A stretch of DNA of 64,000 nucleotides from Alphaproteobacteria bacterium. Lineage in GTDB: Bacteria; Pseudomonadota; Alphaproteobacteria; Bin95. Numbering within the stretch: position 1 is the first letter of the stretch; each line of letters begins with the position of its first letter. The translations under genes were made by a program, and so were the position numbers. The notes below the pieces were generated by a model, which was not told where the DNA came from, ran no database searches, and was given only the letters and a program-made list of their open reading frames with translations. The DNA is taken from assembly GCA_963665325.3 (NCBI GenBank), contig CAXXWS020000003.1:32001-96000 (forward strand), in the 5' to 3' direction. Shown one piece after another: positions 46,205-55,621 of this stretch.

Positions 46205-46325
46205 GCTCCGGTCCGACCGAAGTGGAAATCGTCGACTGCCACCGATGGGAGGCGCGTCATGCGCGAGCCCGTCCATTCCGGCGAGACGCTGCGCGACGAC
46301 CTCGACGCGCTCGCCATGAGCCCGG
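46205..46325 (+). pseudogene. higBA junction relic
   Basis: EVEIVDCH (like HigB C-terminal VEIVDYH) followed by MREPVHSGETLRDDLDALAMS (like HigA N-terminal PxHPGExL); both ends missing. Confidence 0.6.
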
Positions 46326-46724
46326 CTGCCGACGCTCGACGCCGGCACGGGACTGCCTGCGGCGGGCTGAGGGAGCCGCGCTCGCAGGCCGGCCATACGT
46401 ATGGCGGACGGCGGCGCGGCGGCCCAGGGCAACCGCACATAAACCCGCCGTCGTCTCAATAGGTTAGCGTGGTAACTGATACGGGGGTACGGACGTTGTT
46501 ACTCACCGCGACTCTACATCGAGCCATCAGCGTATGTATGGAGTTCATCCCGACTGACACGTAACCCGCTGATCGGTGGAATATTTCAGTCTCCCACACG
46601 AGATGGACCGGTGTCGCTTTCGTCGGAACAGTCAGCGCAGTAAATCGCTGATATTGCGCCAATTTTAGCGATCTGGCCCTGCGCGGCGGCCCCGTCCCCG
46701 GAGGCCGCACGCGAACCGGGGCGC

Positions 46725-46976
46725 TCAGTCCCCGGCCTCGAACAGCCGGCGGTAGGCCGCCTCGGCCCGGGCGAGACCGGTGTCGGTCAGGATCACCGAT
46801 TTGGCCTTGTTCACGGGATCGGAGATCAGGTCCTTGTCGTGGAGCCGGTCCATCGCCGACCAGTCGAACGACTTCCAGGTCCGGGCGCCGCCCGTCGGGT
46901 AGCGCTCGACGATGCCCAGCCAGAGCAGCGCCAGCACGGCCTCGTCGATCCTGTCCTTCACCCGCTCGTCGCTCAT
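46725..46976 (-). CDS. DUF6429-like small winged-helix protein
   Basis: IDEAVLALLWL, RTWKSFDWSAMDRLH...ISDP..KAKSVILTD.G. Confidence 0.8.
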   Translation of the reverse strand: MSDERVKDRIDEAVLALLWLGIVERYPTGGARTWKSFDWSAMDRLHDKDLISDPVNKAKSVILTDTGLARAEAAYRRLFEAGD

Positions 46977-47416
46977 CGCGCCGGCCCGCCCGGCCGCCCG
47001 TCGAGGTTGCTGTCGTCGCCGTCGGACCCCATGACGCGTTCCACCAGGTGATCGGTGACGTCCACGAAATAGCTCTCCAGCTCGGACTGGAGCCGGCTGT
47101 ACTCCGGCCATACCGCGCGGTCGAAGAACCGTTCCCGCGTGCGCACCATCACCGTCGTGCGCCGTTGGCGCGCGTAACGGAAGGTACGCACGCCGTGCTT
47201 GCGGCAGACCGCCACGAACAGCCGGACCGACCACGTATCGGGGAGCGAGAACTGGAGCTCGACCTCGGGCTCGGTGCGCTTGTCCGAAGCGCCCAGGCGG
47301 CCGTGCAGCCGGCCCATCGCGGCCTCCGCGGCGGCGCGCTCCCCCGGACTGCCGGCATGGCGGAACAGCGCCTCCACCTTGGCAAGCTTCGCTCTCAGTG
47401 CCTCGTCGTCGATCAT
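46973..47416 (-). CDS. Conserved-looking hypothetical protein
   Basis: KLAKVEALF..AGSPGERAAA, FSLPDTWS..LFVAVCR, RYARQRRTTVMVR; stop overlaps the next ATG. Confidence 0.7.
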   Translation of the reverse strand: MIDDEALRAKLAKVEALFRHAGSPGERAAAEAAMGRLHGRLGASDKRTEPEVELQFSLPDTWSVRLFVAVCRKHGVRTFRYARQRRTTVMVRTRERFFDRAVWPEYSRLQSELESYFVDVTDHLVERVMGSDGDDSNLDGRPGGPAR

Positions 47417-47674
47417 CGCGCGCCGTCCGGCTGGATCGGAATAACGACAGCATGATCGAACCTGCGCCGCGCTGTCCATGCCGGGCAATTCCGCATGGCC
47501 CGACGGACGGCGATACGCATACCGCAGGCTGGCGCAGCGCCTGACCGTTCGGGCGGGCTCTACCTCGCGTAGCCGGGGCCGGTCGAGGATATCGGCGGCG
47601 CGGGACGGACTATTGACGGAACATACGGGGTAGACCACTATCGGAGCGAGACTTCATCGTTCCGGAGAACTGCC

Positions 47675-48274
47675 ATGGCTCGCCCCAGGGGCGAATCGAT
47701 ACGCGAGCTGGAGGGTGTGCTGCATGAAGCCGCCGGTCGTCTCAGTCCAGCGCATGTGGCGGCGCTGGTCGCCCATCCCGACGCCGTGCGCTCGGCACTG
47801 GCGGTGGCGGCGGACGTGCTGTCGACGGACGATGCGGGACGGCCCGGGGCCGAAACCATCGCGGGCGCAGAGCCGGTTCGCGTCGGCGCCGAAGAGGCGG
47901 AAAGGCGAATGGCGGCACGTACGCGCGAGGGCGCCGCCGAAGCGCTGCTGAACTCGGACGAACTGGCGGCGCGGGTCGGGCTCAAGACGCGTCAATCGGT
48001 CCATGACTGGCTGAAAAAGGGCCGGATCGTCGGCTGGCAAGGCGCCAGGCGCGGCCATGTTTTCCCGGAGGGGCAGATCGACGAGCGTGGCCGGCCGCTC
48101 GAAGGGCTCGACCGCGTGGTCGGAATGTTCGGCGACGGCTATGCCGCCTGGGTATGGCTGACGACGCCGCGGCCCTCGCTCGACGGAGCGACCCCGTTGA
48201 CGCTGCTGGCCGAGGGCGAGATCGACCGCGTCGCGAAGGCCGCGCAGGGAGACCGGCAGGGCGATTTTGCGTGA
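47675..48274 (+). CDS. Xre/MbcA/ParS-like antitoxin
   Basis: Central HTH (ELAARVGLKTRQSVHDW) and C-terminal WLTTPRPSLDGATPLTLL; precedes RES gene. Confidence 0.8.
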   Translation: MARPRGESIRELEGVLHEAAGRLSPAHVAALVAHPDAVRSALAVAADVLSTDDAGRPGAETIAGAEPVRVGAEEAERRMAARTREGAAEALLNSDELAARVGLKTRQSVHDWLKKGRIVGWQGARRGHVFPEGQIDERGRPLEGLDRVVGMFGDGYAAWVWLTTPRPSLDGATPLTLLAEGEIDRVAKAAQGDRQGDFA

Positions 48275-48873
48275 CCGCCGGTTACGACCCGGAGCGTCTG
48301 CGTGCGCGGCTGCGCGAGGTCCGTCTCGGGCGTGTCTTCCGCGTCATTCATCGCGACCACCGGTCGACCCCCCTGGGGGCGGTGGCGGCGCCGAGCCGGT
48401 TCAGCGATCCACAGGGCGGCTACGCCGTGCTGTACGCCTCGGAGGCCGTGCGCTGTGCGTTCTGGGAAGCCCTCGGACGCAACCGCTTCACACGCCGCAG
48501 GCGGCGCGAGCTTCCACGGATCGAGGTCGAGGCCCGGCTGGTGGCGTCGATCGGCTCCACCGGACCGCTTGCCCTGATCGACCTGCGCGGCGACGGATCG
48601 GTGCGCATCGGAGCGCCGAGCGCGGTGGCGCACGACGGCAACCATGCGGCGGGCCGCGCCCTGTCGGCGGCCGCCTATGCGGACGTTGCGGAGGCGGACG
48701 GGTTCCTGTTCCCGTCGCGGTTCACCGGCGACACCTGCATGGCCGTGTTCGACCGGGCCTTCGATAAGCTGAAGGTGCTCGACATCGCCGAGCTTGTCCG
48801 TCATGTCGAATTCCTGGACGCCCTCGACGACTACGGTATCGTGCTCGCGGAACCGCCGGAGTTGCGGGGATGA
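48271..48873 (+). CDS. RES-domain toxin (NAD+-targeting family)
   Basis: SRFSDP, VLYAS....AFWEAL, LIDL, DGFLFPSR give the R-E-S residues. Confidence 0.85.
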   Translation: MTAGYDPERLRARLREVRLGRVFRVIHRDHRSTPLGAVAAPSRFSDPQGGYAVLYASEAVRCAFWEALGRNRFTRRRRRELPRIEVEARLVASIGSTGPLALIDLRGDGSVRIGAPSAVAHDGNHAAGRALSAAAYADVAEADGFLFPSRFTGDTCMAVFDRAFDKLKVLDIAELVRHVEFLDALDDYGIVLAEPPELRG

Positions 48874-49102
48874 AGGGACGGAAACTGCCGGCGCCGGGAT
48901 CGCGCGCGAATCGGAAATGGCGGATTGTGTCGGCATCGGTCGGGGCATGTCCCGTCAGGATTACCTTCCAGTCCGGTGACTATACGATTACGGGCTGAAA
49001 TTCGGTCTGTGACATGAGTCCGACATGAGTGAAATATTCGTGATAAACCAATATATTATTAACATATTATTAGATATTAGATTAGTATGAGTTGCACAAC
49101 TG

Positions 49103-49116
49103 TGGCGCAGGTCGTG
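49103..49116. other. Right attachment junction of the ICE (TGGC-gcagg-TCGTG)
   Basis: Integrase homology ends after HDLRH; strongly AT-rich element end at 49030-49095. Confidence 0.8.
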
Positions 49117-50064
49117 AAGGCGCACGTCCTCGATGCCGGCCTCGCGCCTGACGCGATACCAGAGCGGGACGTTGTCTCCGCGCGGGTGGGATTCTTGCCG
49201 GGACGAGGGAAAGACGAACGGGCTGCTTGTGCGCGGCTGTCGGTCGAGAATATGTCGGGCCTGGCTGTTGAGAGGAACCGTCCTCGGCCCTGTCTTGCTG
49301 TCGGGCAGGAACAGGTGGCCGTCTCGATAGTCGAGCCACCGGAGGGTGAGGATTTCGCTCTTGCGGCACCCGGTGAGCAGAAGCAGGCGAACGATGGCGA
49401 CTTGCTGCGGCCATCGGGCTTCGTGCGCGGCGAGCCTTTCGGAGAGGCGGCGGATTTCCGCTTCGGAGAGGAAGCGTTCGCGGCCCTTGCGGCGATAGCG
49501 CCTGATGCCCCGGCAGGGATTGGAGCCTTCCGGGCGCAGGCCCATCCGTTCCGCCTCCCTCATGATTACGGACAAAACCGGCATGGACCTGTCCGCGGCG
49601 ACCGGTGTTGCGCGCAGGCGGGCGAACCAGTGCCGTACCTCCTGCCGGTCGATGTCGGCGATCGGATGCCCGGCAAAGTGTGGCAGGAGCTGCTTGCGAA
49701 GATAGCTTCGGTTCACATAGAGCGTCCCTGCCTTCCAGACCCGTTCGTAACGCCGGAATACCGTCTCGGCGACCGCCTCGAAGAGGGTTTCACCCGGCGC
49801 GCAAGGCGCTCCTTCGTCGCGCCGGATCGCGGCGCGCATCTCGCCTGCAATGGATCGCGCCTCGCCCACGCTAACGGCTCCGGCATCGCCGATGATCTTC
49901 CAGACGCGCTCGCCACGGTGCTGGCATTGGATGAAGAACCGCTTGCGGCCCGAGGGCGACACGCGGACGCCGAAGCCCCTGAGCTTGGCATCTCGGACAC
50001 AGCGAACCGTCTTGTGGGGCTTGAGCGCCCTGACGCGGGCGTCGGTGAGGATGGTTCTGGGCAT
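49105..50064 (-). pseudogene. Resident tyrosine integrase, N-terminal 320 codons, disrupted by the ICE
   Basis: MPRTILTDARV...GFGVRV, TGCRKSE, DSKTG, EDVRLHDLR, then AT-rich non-homologous tail; missing LGH/Tyr segment found at 5153-5335. Confidence 0.92.
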
Positions 50065-50244
50065 GCGAATTCTCCCGGCTCCGGTTGCAGCCGGGGAACA
50101 AACAGTTGCAGAATGCTCCCCGACTTCCATATTTTCGGGAGAAAAAACGACGCTATATCATATAGTTAGCACCGCCGAGGTGCGACCTGGTGTGAGGGGC
50201 GTGCGGTTTTTCGGCTTCCCGGTCGCTGGCGAGAAACCGGTGCG

Positions 50245-51519
50245 TCATTCGCGGACTTGCGCGCAGCGCTCGCGCGCCCGGGCGAGAGCCGTGTAGCGCG
50301 CGCGGATGCGGGCGGCGAGCGCGGCCGGCCATTCGCCGGCGTCGAGGAGGTCGAGAAAGTCGTCGAGCACCATCGCGAAATGCGCTTCGTGCGGCGTGTG
50401 GAGCGCGGCCGGGATGACGATCTCGCGTCCGAGGTCGGACGGTCGGTGCGACAGGCCGGGCATCTCGCCCTCCCAGGCGCGAAGCCTGTCCGAGAGGCGG
50501 GCCTCAAAGCCGGGTCCCGGATCGCGCGGCGCGAGGTGCAGCTCGCCCCGGAAGCCGGTTTCGGGCCCGCGGCGCGCGACGACCGTCGCGTGCTCGCCGC
50601 GGACCGTCGTGCGGTGCGCATCGCCGCCTCCGTCCGGCTCGCGCTGGCCCCATTCCGCCCGTTGGCGGACAGGCACGCCCCGCAGCCGGTACCGGATCTC
50701 GCCATTGCAGGCGAGGTGCAGCACCCCGGCATCCACAAGCGGCTCCAGAGCCTCCGGAAAATCGTCGAGTCCGGTGCTGGCCCGGAAGAGTTCGCGCGGC
50801 ACCGGGGTAGTCCAGCGGCGCGCGTCCTCGAGCTCGTAGTCCCGCTCGAACAGGAAGCCCGGGCCGTCGCCGACGAGCCATTGCGCCTGGTCGGCCATGT
50901 GGGACTGGATGTCGACGAGGCCGTCGCCCTGGATGCGGGTGTCGTAATACCAAGAGGGCCGCCGGAGCGGTGCGCCGTTCACCGCCTTGAGCAGGTGGTG
51001 CACGGACTGGATGTCGATCGCAGGCTCGTCCCCCTGCCCATCGAGGGCGCCGAACAGTTCCGGGTCGGCGGCGACCTTCTGCGTGAGCCTTGCCACCGCT
51101 TCGTGGCGGAAGGTCATGATGTCCATCGCAAGCGGCCAGCCCGACGTCGTCCGCTCGAGGTCCGGGAGGGCCGCGCTTTCGGTAAGCCAGGGCTTGTCGG
51201 CAAGCACGTGCAGCCCCGCCGCGTGCAGCCGCGCAACGGTCCCGAGCTTGGGCCGGGTACGCCCGGCAATAACGGCGATGTCCCCGCGCCGCTCGTCGAT
51301 CAGCGCCCGCTCCGGGTCGGCCGATTCGTGTATCCGGACCTTCCAGTCCGTCGGGCGGTCGTCCCGTGCGTTGAAGGAGTGGACCAGGGCGATGAAGGCG
51401 TCGCGCTCCGGACCGGGACGGGCATAGAGATGGACGGTCGGGCCGATGCGGGGATTCGCCGCCCGCAGGGTGAGAGCGGCGTGGAAGTGGCCGGGTTCCA
51501 GAAAGAGGAGCGTGTGCAT
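50245..51519 (-). CDS. Gfo/Idh/MocA-like putative oxidoreductase
   Basis: LEPGHFHAAL, HVLADKPW, DIMT.R, QGDGLVDIQSH. Confidence 0.8.
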   Translation of the reverse strand: MHTLLFLEPGHFHAALTLRAANPRIGPTVHLYARPGPERDAFIALVHSFNARDDRPTDWKVRIHESADPERALIDERRGDIAVIAGRTRPKLGTVARLHAAGLHVLADKPWLTESAALPDLERTTSGWPLAMDIMTFRHEAVARLTQKVAADPELFGALDGQGDEPAIDIQSVHHLLKAVNGAPLRRPSWYYDTRIQGDGLVDIQSHMADQAQWLVGDGPGFLFERDYELEDARRWTTPVPRELFRASTGLDDFPEALEPLVDAGVLHLACNGEIRYRLRGVPVRQRAEWGQREPDGGGDAHRTTVRGEHATVVARRGPETGFRGELHLAPRDPGPGFEARLSDRLRAWEGEMPGLSHRPSDLGREIVIPAALHTPHEAHFAMVLDDFLDLLDAGEWPAALAARIRARYTALARARERCAQVRE

Positions 51520-51705
51520 GGCGGGCGGGCAGCGGTCGGTGCGCGCGACGTTACCCGACGCGAGCCGGGACGGCCATGCGTTGGTGCGGCGCGGCTCGTG
51601 GATCGGGGCGGCCGTCCCACAATCCGCCCGCTCGGAACACCGGTCACCGGACGGGAATCGAGCGATATCGGGCTCGGGGGCTGCGACGACGGTTGCGCTT
51701 CCTTC

Positions 51706-52434
51706 TTATACCTCCCGCCCGAGCTGCTCCCTTATTGCCTTGCGCCTGATCTCGGCGACGGCGCTGCGCGGGAGGTTGCCGAGCTGGAAGGGGCCGTAGG
51801 CGATGCGGATCAGGCGGTTTACCGGGTGGCCGAGATATTCCAGCACCCGGCGCACCTCGCGGTTGCGCCCCTCGGCAAGGCTGACCGTCACCCAGGCATT
51901 GCCGCCGCGCTGCTCGTCGAGGCTCGCCGCGATCGGCCCGTAGCGCTCGCCGTCGATCTCCACACCCCCGGCGATCCGCGCGAGGCGGGCCTTGTCGACC
52001 CGGCCGCGCACCCGCGCCCTGTAGCGCCGGACCCAGCCGCGCGCCGGCAATTCGAGGTCGCGGGCAAGCTCCCCGTCATTCGTCAGCAGCAGCAGCCCCT
52101 CGGAGGCGAGATCGAGCCGCCCGACACTCACTACGCGCGGCAGGTGCCGGGGCAGGCTGTCGAACACGGTCTGCCGGCCCTCCGGGTCGCGGTCGGTCGT
52201 CACCAGGCCGGGCGGCTTGTGGTAGCGCCAGAGGCGGGCCGGCTCCGGCTCCGGCAGCGGCGCGCCGTCCACCTCGACAAGGTCCCGGGGTCCGACATTG
52301 ACAGCCGGGTCCGGCAGGGTTTGTCCGTTGAGCCTCACACGGCCTTCGTAGATGCGCCGTTCGGCCTCCCGCCGCGAGCAGATGCCGGCCCGCGCGATGC
52401 GCTTTGCGATGCGCTCGCCGCCGTCCCCGCTCAC
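51706..52434 (-). CDS. rRNA pseudouridine synthase, RsuA/RluB family with S4 domain
   Basis: RIAKRIARAGICSRREAE, HKPPG, VGRLD, EGRNREVRR. Confidence 0.92.
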   Translation of the reverse strand: MSGDGGERIAKRIARAGICSRREAERRIYEGRVRLNGQTLPDPAVNVGPRDLVEVDGAPLPEPEPARLWRYHKPPGLVTTDRDPEGRQTVFDSLPRHLPRVVSVGRLDLASEGLLLLTNDGELARDLELPARGWVRRYRARVRGRVDKARLARIAGGVEIDGERYGPIAASLDEQRGGNAWVTVSLAEGRNREVRRVLEYLGHPVNRLIRIAYGPFQLGNLPRSAVAEIRRKAIREQLGREV

Positions 52435-53156
52435 GGCATGGCGTCCCGCGCCGCCGCCACGAAGGCTTCGACGATGCGCGCGTCGCCCCGGTCGATATGG
52501 AACTCCGGATGCCACTGCACGCCGAGGCAGAAGCGGTAGCCCGGCGCCTCGATGCCCTCGATAACGCCATCGGGCGCGCGGGCATTGACGGTGACGCCCG
52601 GCGGCTCGTCGGCAGCGGCCTGGTGGTGGGCGCTGTTTACATGCAGCGTGTCCGCCCCGACGATTTCCGCAAGCCGCGTGCCGGGCTCGACGGCGACCGC
52701 ATGGCCGGGTTGGGTGCGCGGGTTGGGCTGCTCATGGGCGAGTGCGTCCGGCACCTCGTCCGGAATGTGCTGGATCAGCCGCCCGCCCAACGCGACATGC
52801 AGCAATTGCTGGCCGCCGCAAATGCCGAGCAGGGCCATGTCGCGGGCGAGCGCGCCGTGCACCATGGCGAGCTCGAAATCGGTGCGTCCGGGCTTGAGCG
52901 AGACGGCCTCATGGCGCTCAGCCGCGCCGAACAGCGCCGGATCGACATCGAACGCCCCGCCCGTGACCAGCAGGCCGTCGATGCGATCGAGATAGGCGTG
53001 TGCATGGGCCGTCTCGTGCGGCAGCAGGAGCGGCACGCCGCCCGCCGCGCTCACCGCGCCCGCATAGTTGCAGCGCAGCGCATACCACGGCAGGCTGGAA
53101 TAGCCGCCGGCGGGTTCCCGGTCGACGGTAAGGCCGATGACTGGAAGGCGCGCCAT
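52431..53156 (-). CDS. Gamma-glutamyl-GABA hydrolase family (peptidase C26, class I glutamine amidotransferase)
   Basis: PVIG, LGICGG.Q, VNSAHHQ, GVQWHPE. Confidence 0.92.
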   Translation of the reverse strand: MARLPVIGLTVDREPAGGYSSLPWYALRCNYAGAVSAAGGVPLLLPHETAHAHAYLDRIDGLLVTGGAFDVDPALFGAAERHEAVSLKPGRTDFELAMVHGALARDMALLGICGGQQLLHVALGGRLIQHIPDEVPDALAHEQPNPRTQPGHAVAVEPGTRLAEIVGADTLHVNSAHHQAAADEPPGVTVNARAPDGVIEGIEAPGYRFCLGVQWHPEFHIDRGDARIVEAFVAAARDAMP

Positions 53157-53184
53157 GGCGCCCGTCTACACGCTTCACCGGGCA

Positions 53185-53622
53185 ATGCAACGGGCGCTTG
53201 CGCTGGCGGAGGCCGCCACCGGGCGTGCTCCAGCCGATGCGCCGGTGGGCGCGGTGCTGCTCGACCCGGACGGACGGGCGCTCGCTGAGGCGCATAACGA
53301 GGTCGAGGCGGGCGCGGACCCGACCGCCCATGCCGAGGTACTGGCGCTACGCCGCGGGGCCGCTGAGCTGGGCCGGCCGCGCCTCGACGGCTGCACCCTG
53401 GTGGTCACGCTGGAGCCCTGCGCAATGTGCGCGCAAGCCGCCGCTCACGCGCGAATCGCCCGCCTCGTCTTCGGCGCCTGGGACCCGAAGGGCGGCGGCG
53501 TGGACCACGGCGCGCGCGTCTTCGACCGCGAGACCTGCACCCACCGCCCCGAGGTGGTAGGCGGCCTGATGGAAACCGAAGCCGCCGCCCTGCTCTCGGC
53601 GTTCTTCCGGGAGCGGCGGTAG
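53185..53622 (+). CDS. tadA: tRNA adenosine deaminase / nucleoside deaminase
   Basis: PVGAV, DPTAHAE, TLEPCAMC, FGAWDPKGG, FFRERR. Confidence 0.88.
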   Translation: MQRALALAEAATGRAPADAPVGAVLLDPDGRALAEAHNEVEAGADPTAHAEVLALRRGAAELGRPRLDGCTLVVTLEPCAMCAQAAAHARIARLVFGAWDPKGGGVDHGARVFDRETCTHRPEVVGGLMETEAAALLSAFFRERR

Positions 53623-53703
53623 GCCGCTGCCCCTCTTCCCGCTTGCCGCGCCGGGGCGGGCGTTGGACAATCGCGCCTTGCGCTAGAGGGAGGAGAGGGC
53701 GTC

Positions 53704-54663
53704 ATGGCGGTCATTCTGGGCAGCGGCGAGCATCGTTACCGTGTCGTCGAGGACTGGGCGAAGCTGCCCGAGGGCTGGGAGTTTCGCGATGTCGCTGCGG
53801 TTGCGGTGGACAGCAAGGACCGGGTCTATGCGTTCAACCGCGGCGAGCACCCGATGATCGTCTTCGACCGCGACGGCAACTTCCTGCGCTCCTGGGGCGA
53901 GGGGGAGTATCCGCGCGCCCACGGCATCCATATCGGCCCGGACGAGACGCTCTATCTCACCGACGACGGCAGCCACACCGTCAAGCGCGTTACGCCGGAA
54001 GGCAAGGTGCTGATGACGCTCGGCGTGCCCGGCACGCCCGCGCCCTTCATGAGCAACGAGCCGTTCCACCGCTGCACCCACACCGCGATCTCGCCGGACG
54101 GGCACCTGTTCGTCTCCGACGGCTACGGCAATGCCTGCGTCCACAAATATTCGCCCGACGGCAAGCTGGTGAAGAGCTGGGGCGAGAGCGGCTCCGACCC
54201 CGGACAGTTCAACATCGTCCACAACATCACCGCCGACGACGACGGCTGGATCTATGTCGCCGACCGCGAGAACCACCGAGTCCAGGTGTTCGACACCGAG
54301 GGGCGCTATGAGGCGCAGTGGAACAACCTCCACCGGCCCTGCGGCCTCTACATGCCGCGCGGCTCCTGCCCGCACTGCTTCATCGGCGAACTCGGGCCGG
54401 GCATGGCCGTCAACCGCCACCACCCGAATCTCGGGCCCCGCCTCTCCATCGTCACGAACGAAGGCGAGCTGGTCGCGCGCCTCGGCGGCGAGGACGGGCC
54501 GGGGCTGGAGCCCGGCAAGTTCCTCGCCCCGCACGGCCTCGCCGTGGACAGCCGGGGCGACATCTATGTCGGCGAGGTCGCCTATACCAACTGGGAGGCG
54601 AGCTTCGGGGACGAACCGCGGCCCGGCTATCTGCGCACCCTCCAGAAACTCGAAAAGGTCTGA
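53704..54663 (+). CDS. NHL-repeat beta-propeller (PAL-like family)
   Basis: Repeated NHL blades, VSDGYGN, VADRENHRVQVFD, PHGLAVDS. Confidence 0.9.
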   Translation: MAVILGSGEHRYRVVEDWAKLPEGWEFRDVAAVAVDSKDRVYAFNRGEHPMIVFDRDGNFLRSWGEGEYPRAHGIHIGPDETLYLTDDGSHTVKRVTPEGKVLMTLGVPGTPAPFMSNEPFHRCTHTAISPDGHLFVSDGYGNACVHKYSPDGKLVKSWGESGSDPGQFNIVHNITADDDGWIYVADRENHRVQVFDTEGRYEAQWNNLHRPCGLYMPRGSCPHCFIGELGPGMAVNRHHPNLGPRLSIVTNEGELVARLGGEDGPGLEPGKFLAPHGLAVDSRGDIYVGEVAYTNWEASFGDEPRPGYLRTLQKLEKV

Positions 54664-54672
54664 GCCCCGCCC

Positions 54673-55590
54673 ATGGTCCCCGAGCCCAAGGTCATCGAGA
54701 CCCGCATCCACGCCGTCCTACCGGAGGAGCTCCGCGTCACGGACCGCGAAAGCGCCTTCACGCGCGAGATCTTCCGCGGCCACCGGGTCGGCTCCTTCCT
54801 GGAGGGGCCGGCCTTCGACGGCGCCGGCAATCTCTACATGGTCGATATCGCCTTCGGGCGCATCCTGAGGCTCGCGCCCGACGGCGGCTGGTCGGTGACG
54901 GCCGCGTATGACGGCCACCCGAACGGCATGAAGCTGCACCGGGACGGGCGGCTGTTCGTCGCCGACCGGCAGAACGGCGTCATGGTCGTCGATCCCGTGA
55001 GCGGCCGCGTCGAAACCTTTCTCGGGCCCGACCGGCTGCCCGGCTACAAGGGGCTGAACGACCTGTTCTTTGCGTCGAACGGCGATCTCTACTTCACCGA
55101 CCAGGGCGCGAGCGGCCTGCATGACCCGACCGGGCGCGTCTTCCGGCTTTCCGCTGCCGGCAAGCTCGACTGCCTGGTTTCCAATGCGCCGAGCCCGAAC
55201 GGCCTCGTCATGAACCCGGCGGAGACGGAGCTCTATGTGGCGGTCACACGCGACAACGCCGTCTGGCGGGTGCCGTTCCGCGAGGACGGCACGGTGCATC
55301 GCGTCGGCCTCTTCTGCCGGCTGATCGGCGGCATGGGGCCGGACGGCATGGCCGTCGACCGGGCCGGCAATGTCGCCGTTGCGCACGCAGGCGGCGGGCA
55401 GGTCTGGCTCTGGTCGGCAAGCGGCCTGCCGACCCACCGCGCGGTCGCCTGCGACGGCGGCGCGCTCACCACCAATGTCGCCTATGGCGGGCCGGACGGG
55501 CGCACGCTGTTCATCACCAACTCGCTCAGCGAGAATGTGCTGGCGGCGGAAATGCCGGAGCCGGGCGAGCCGATGTTCGGGCCCGCATGA
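54673..55590 (+). CDS. SMP-30/gluconolactonase/LRE family protein
   Basis: LEGPAFD, PNG, NDL, YFTD, GPDGMAVD. Confidence 0.9.
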   Translation: MVPEPKVIETRIHAVLPEELRVTDRESAFTREIFRGHRVGSFLEGPAFDGAGNLYMVDIAFGRILRLAPDGGWSVTAAYDGHPNGMKLHRDGRLFVADRQNGVMVVDPVSGRVETFLGPDRLPGYKGLNDLFFASNGDLYFTDQGASGLHDPTGRVFRLSAAGKLDCLVSNAPSPNGLVMNPAETELYVAVTRDNAVWRVPFREDGTVHRVGLFCRLIGGMGPDGMAVDRAGNVAVAHAGGGQVWLWSASGLPTHRAVACDGGALTTNVAYGGPDGRTLFITNSLSENVLAAEMPEPGEPMFGPA

Positions 55591-55621
55591 GCAAGCCGCA
55601 ACGAAACACGGAGACGGGACG

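Larger units (their letters stand above)
5338..49102. mobile_element. Integrative conjugative element (~43.8 kb), F-type T4SS, MOBF relaxase, dual tyrosine integrases
   Basis: Bounded by the two halves of one integrase gene; contains integrases, excisionase, complete tra set, T4CP, relaxase and oriT candidate. Confidence 0.9.

Noticed and set aside
48988-50130. 380-aa ORF as an intact integrase
   Set aside because: The tail after HDLRH is read-through into AT-rich ICE end DNA and lacks LGH and the catalytic Tyr.
50165-50240. tRNA, tmRNA or SRP RNA as island target
   Set aside because: No cloverleaf, T-loop, CCA end or SRP loop motif seen.
53156-53185. Very short divergent gap between the C26 hydrolase gene and tadA
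   Set aside because: Compact divergent, probably leaderless, housekeeping genes; start positions are uncertain and nothing further supports novelty.
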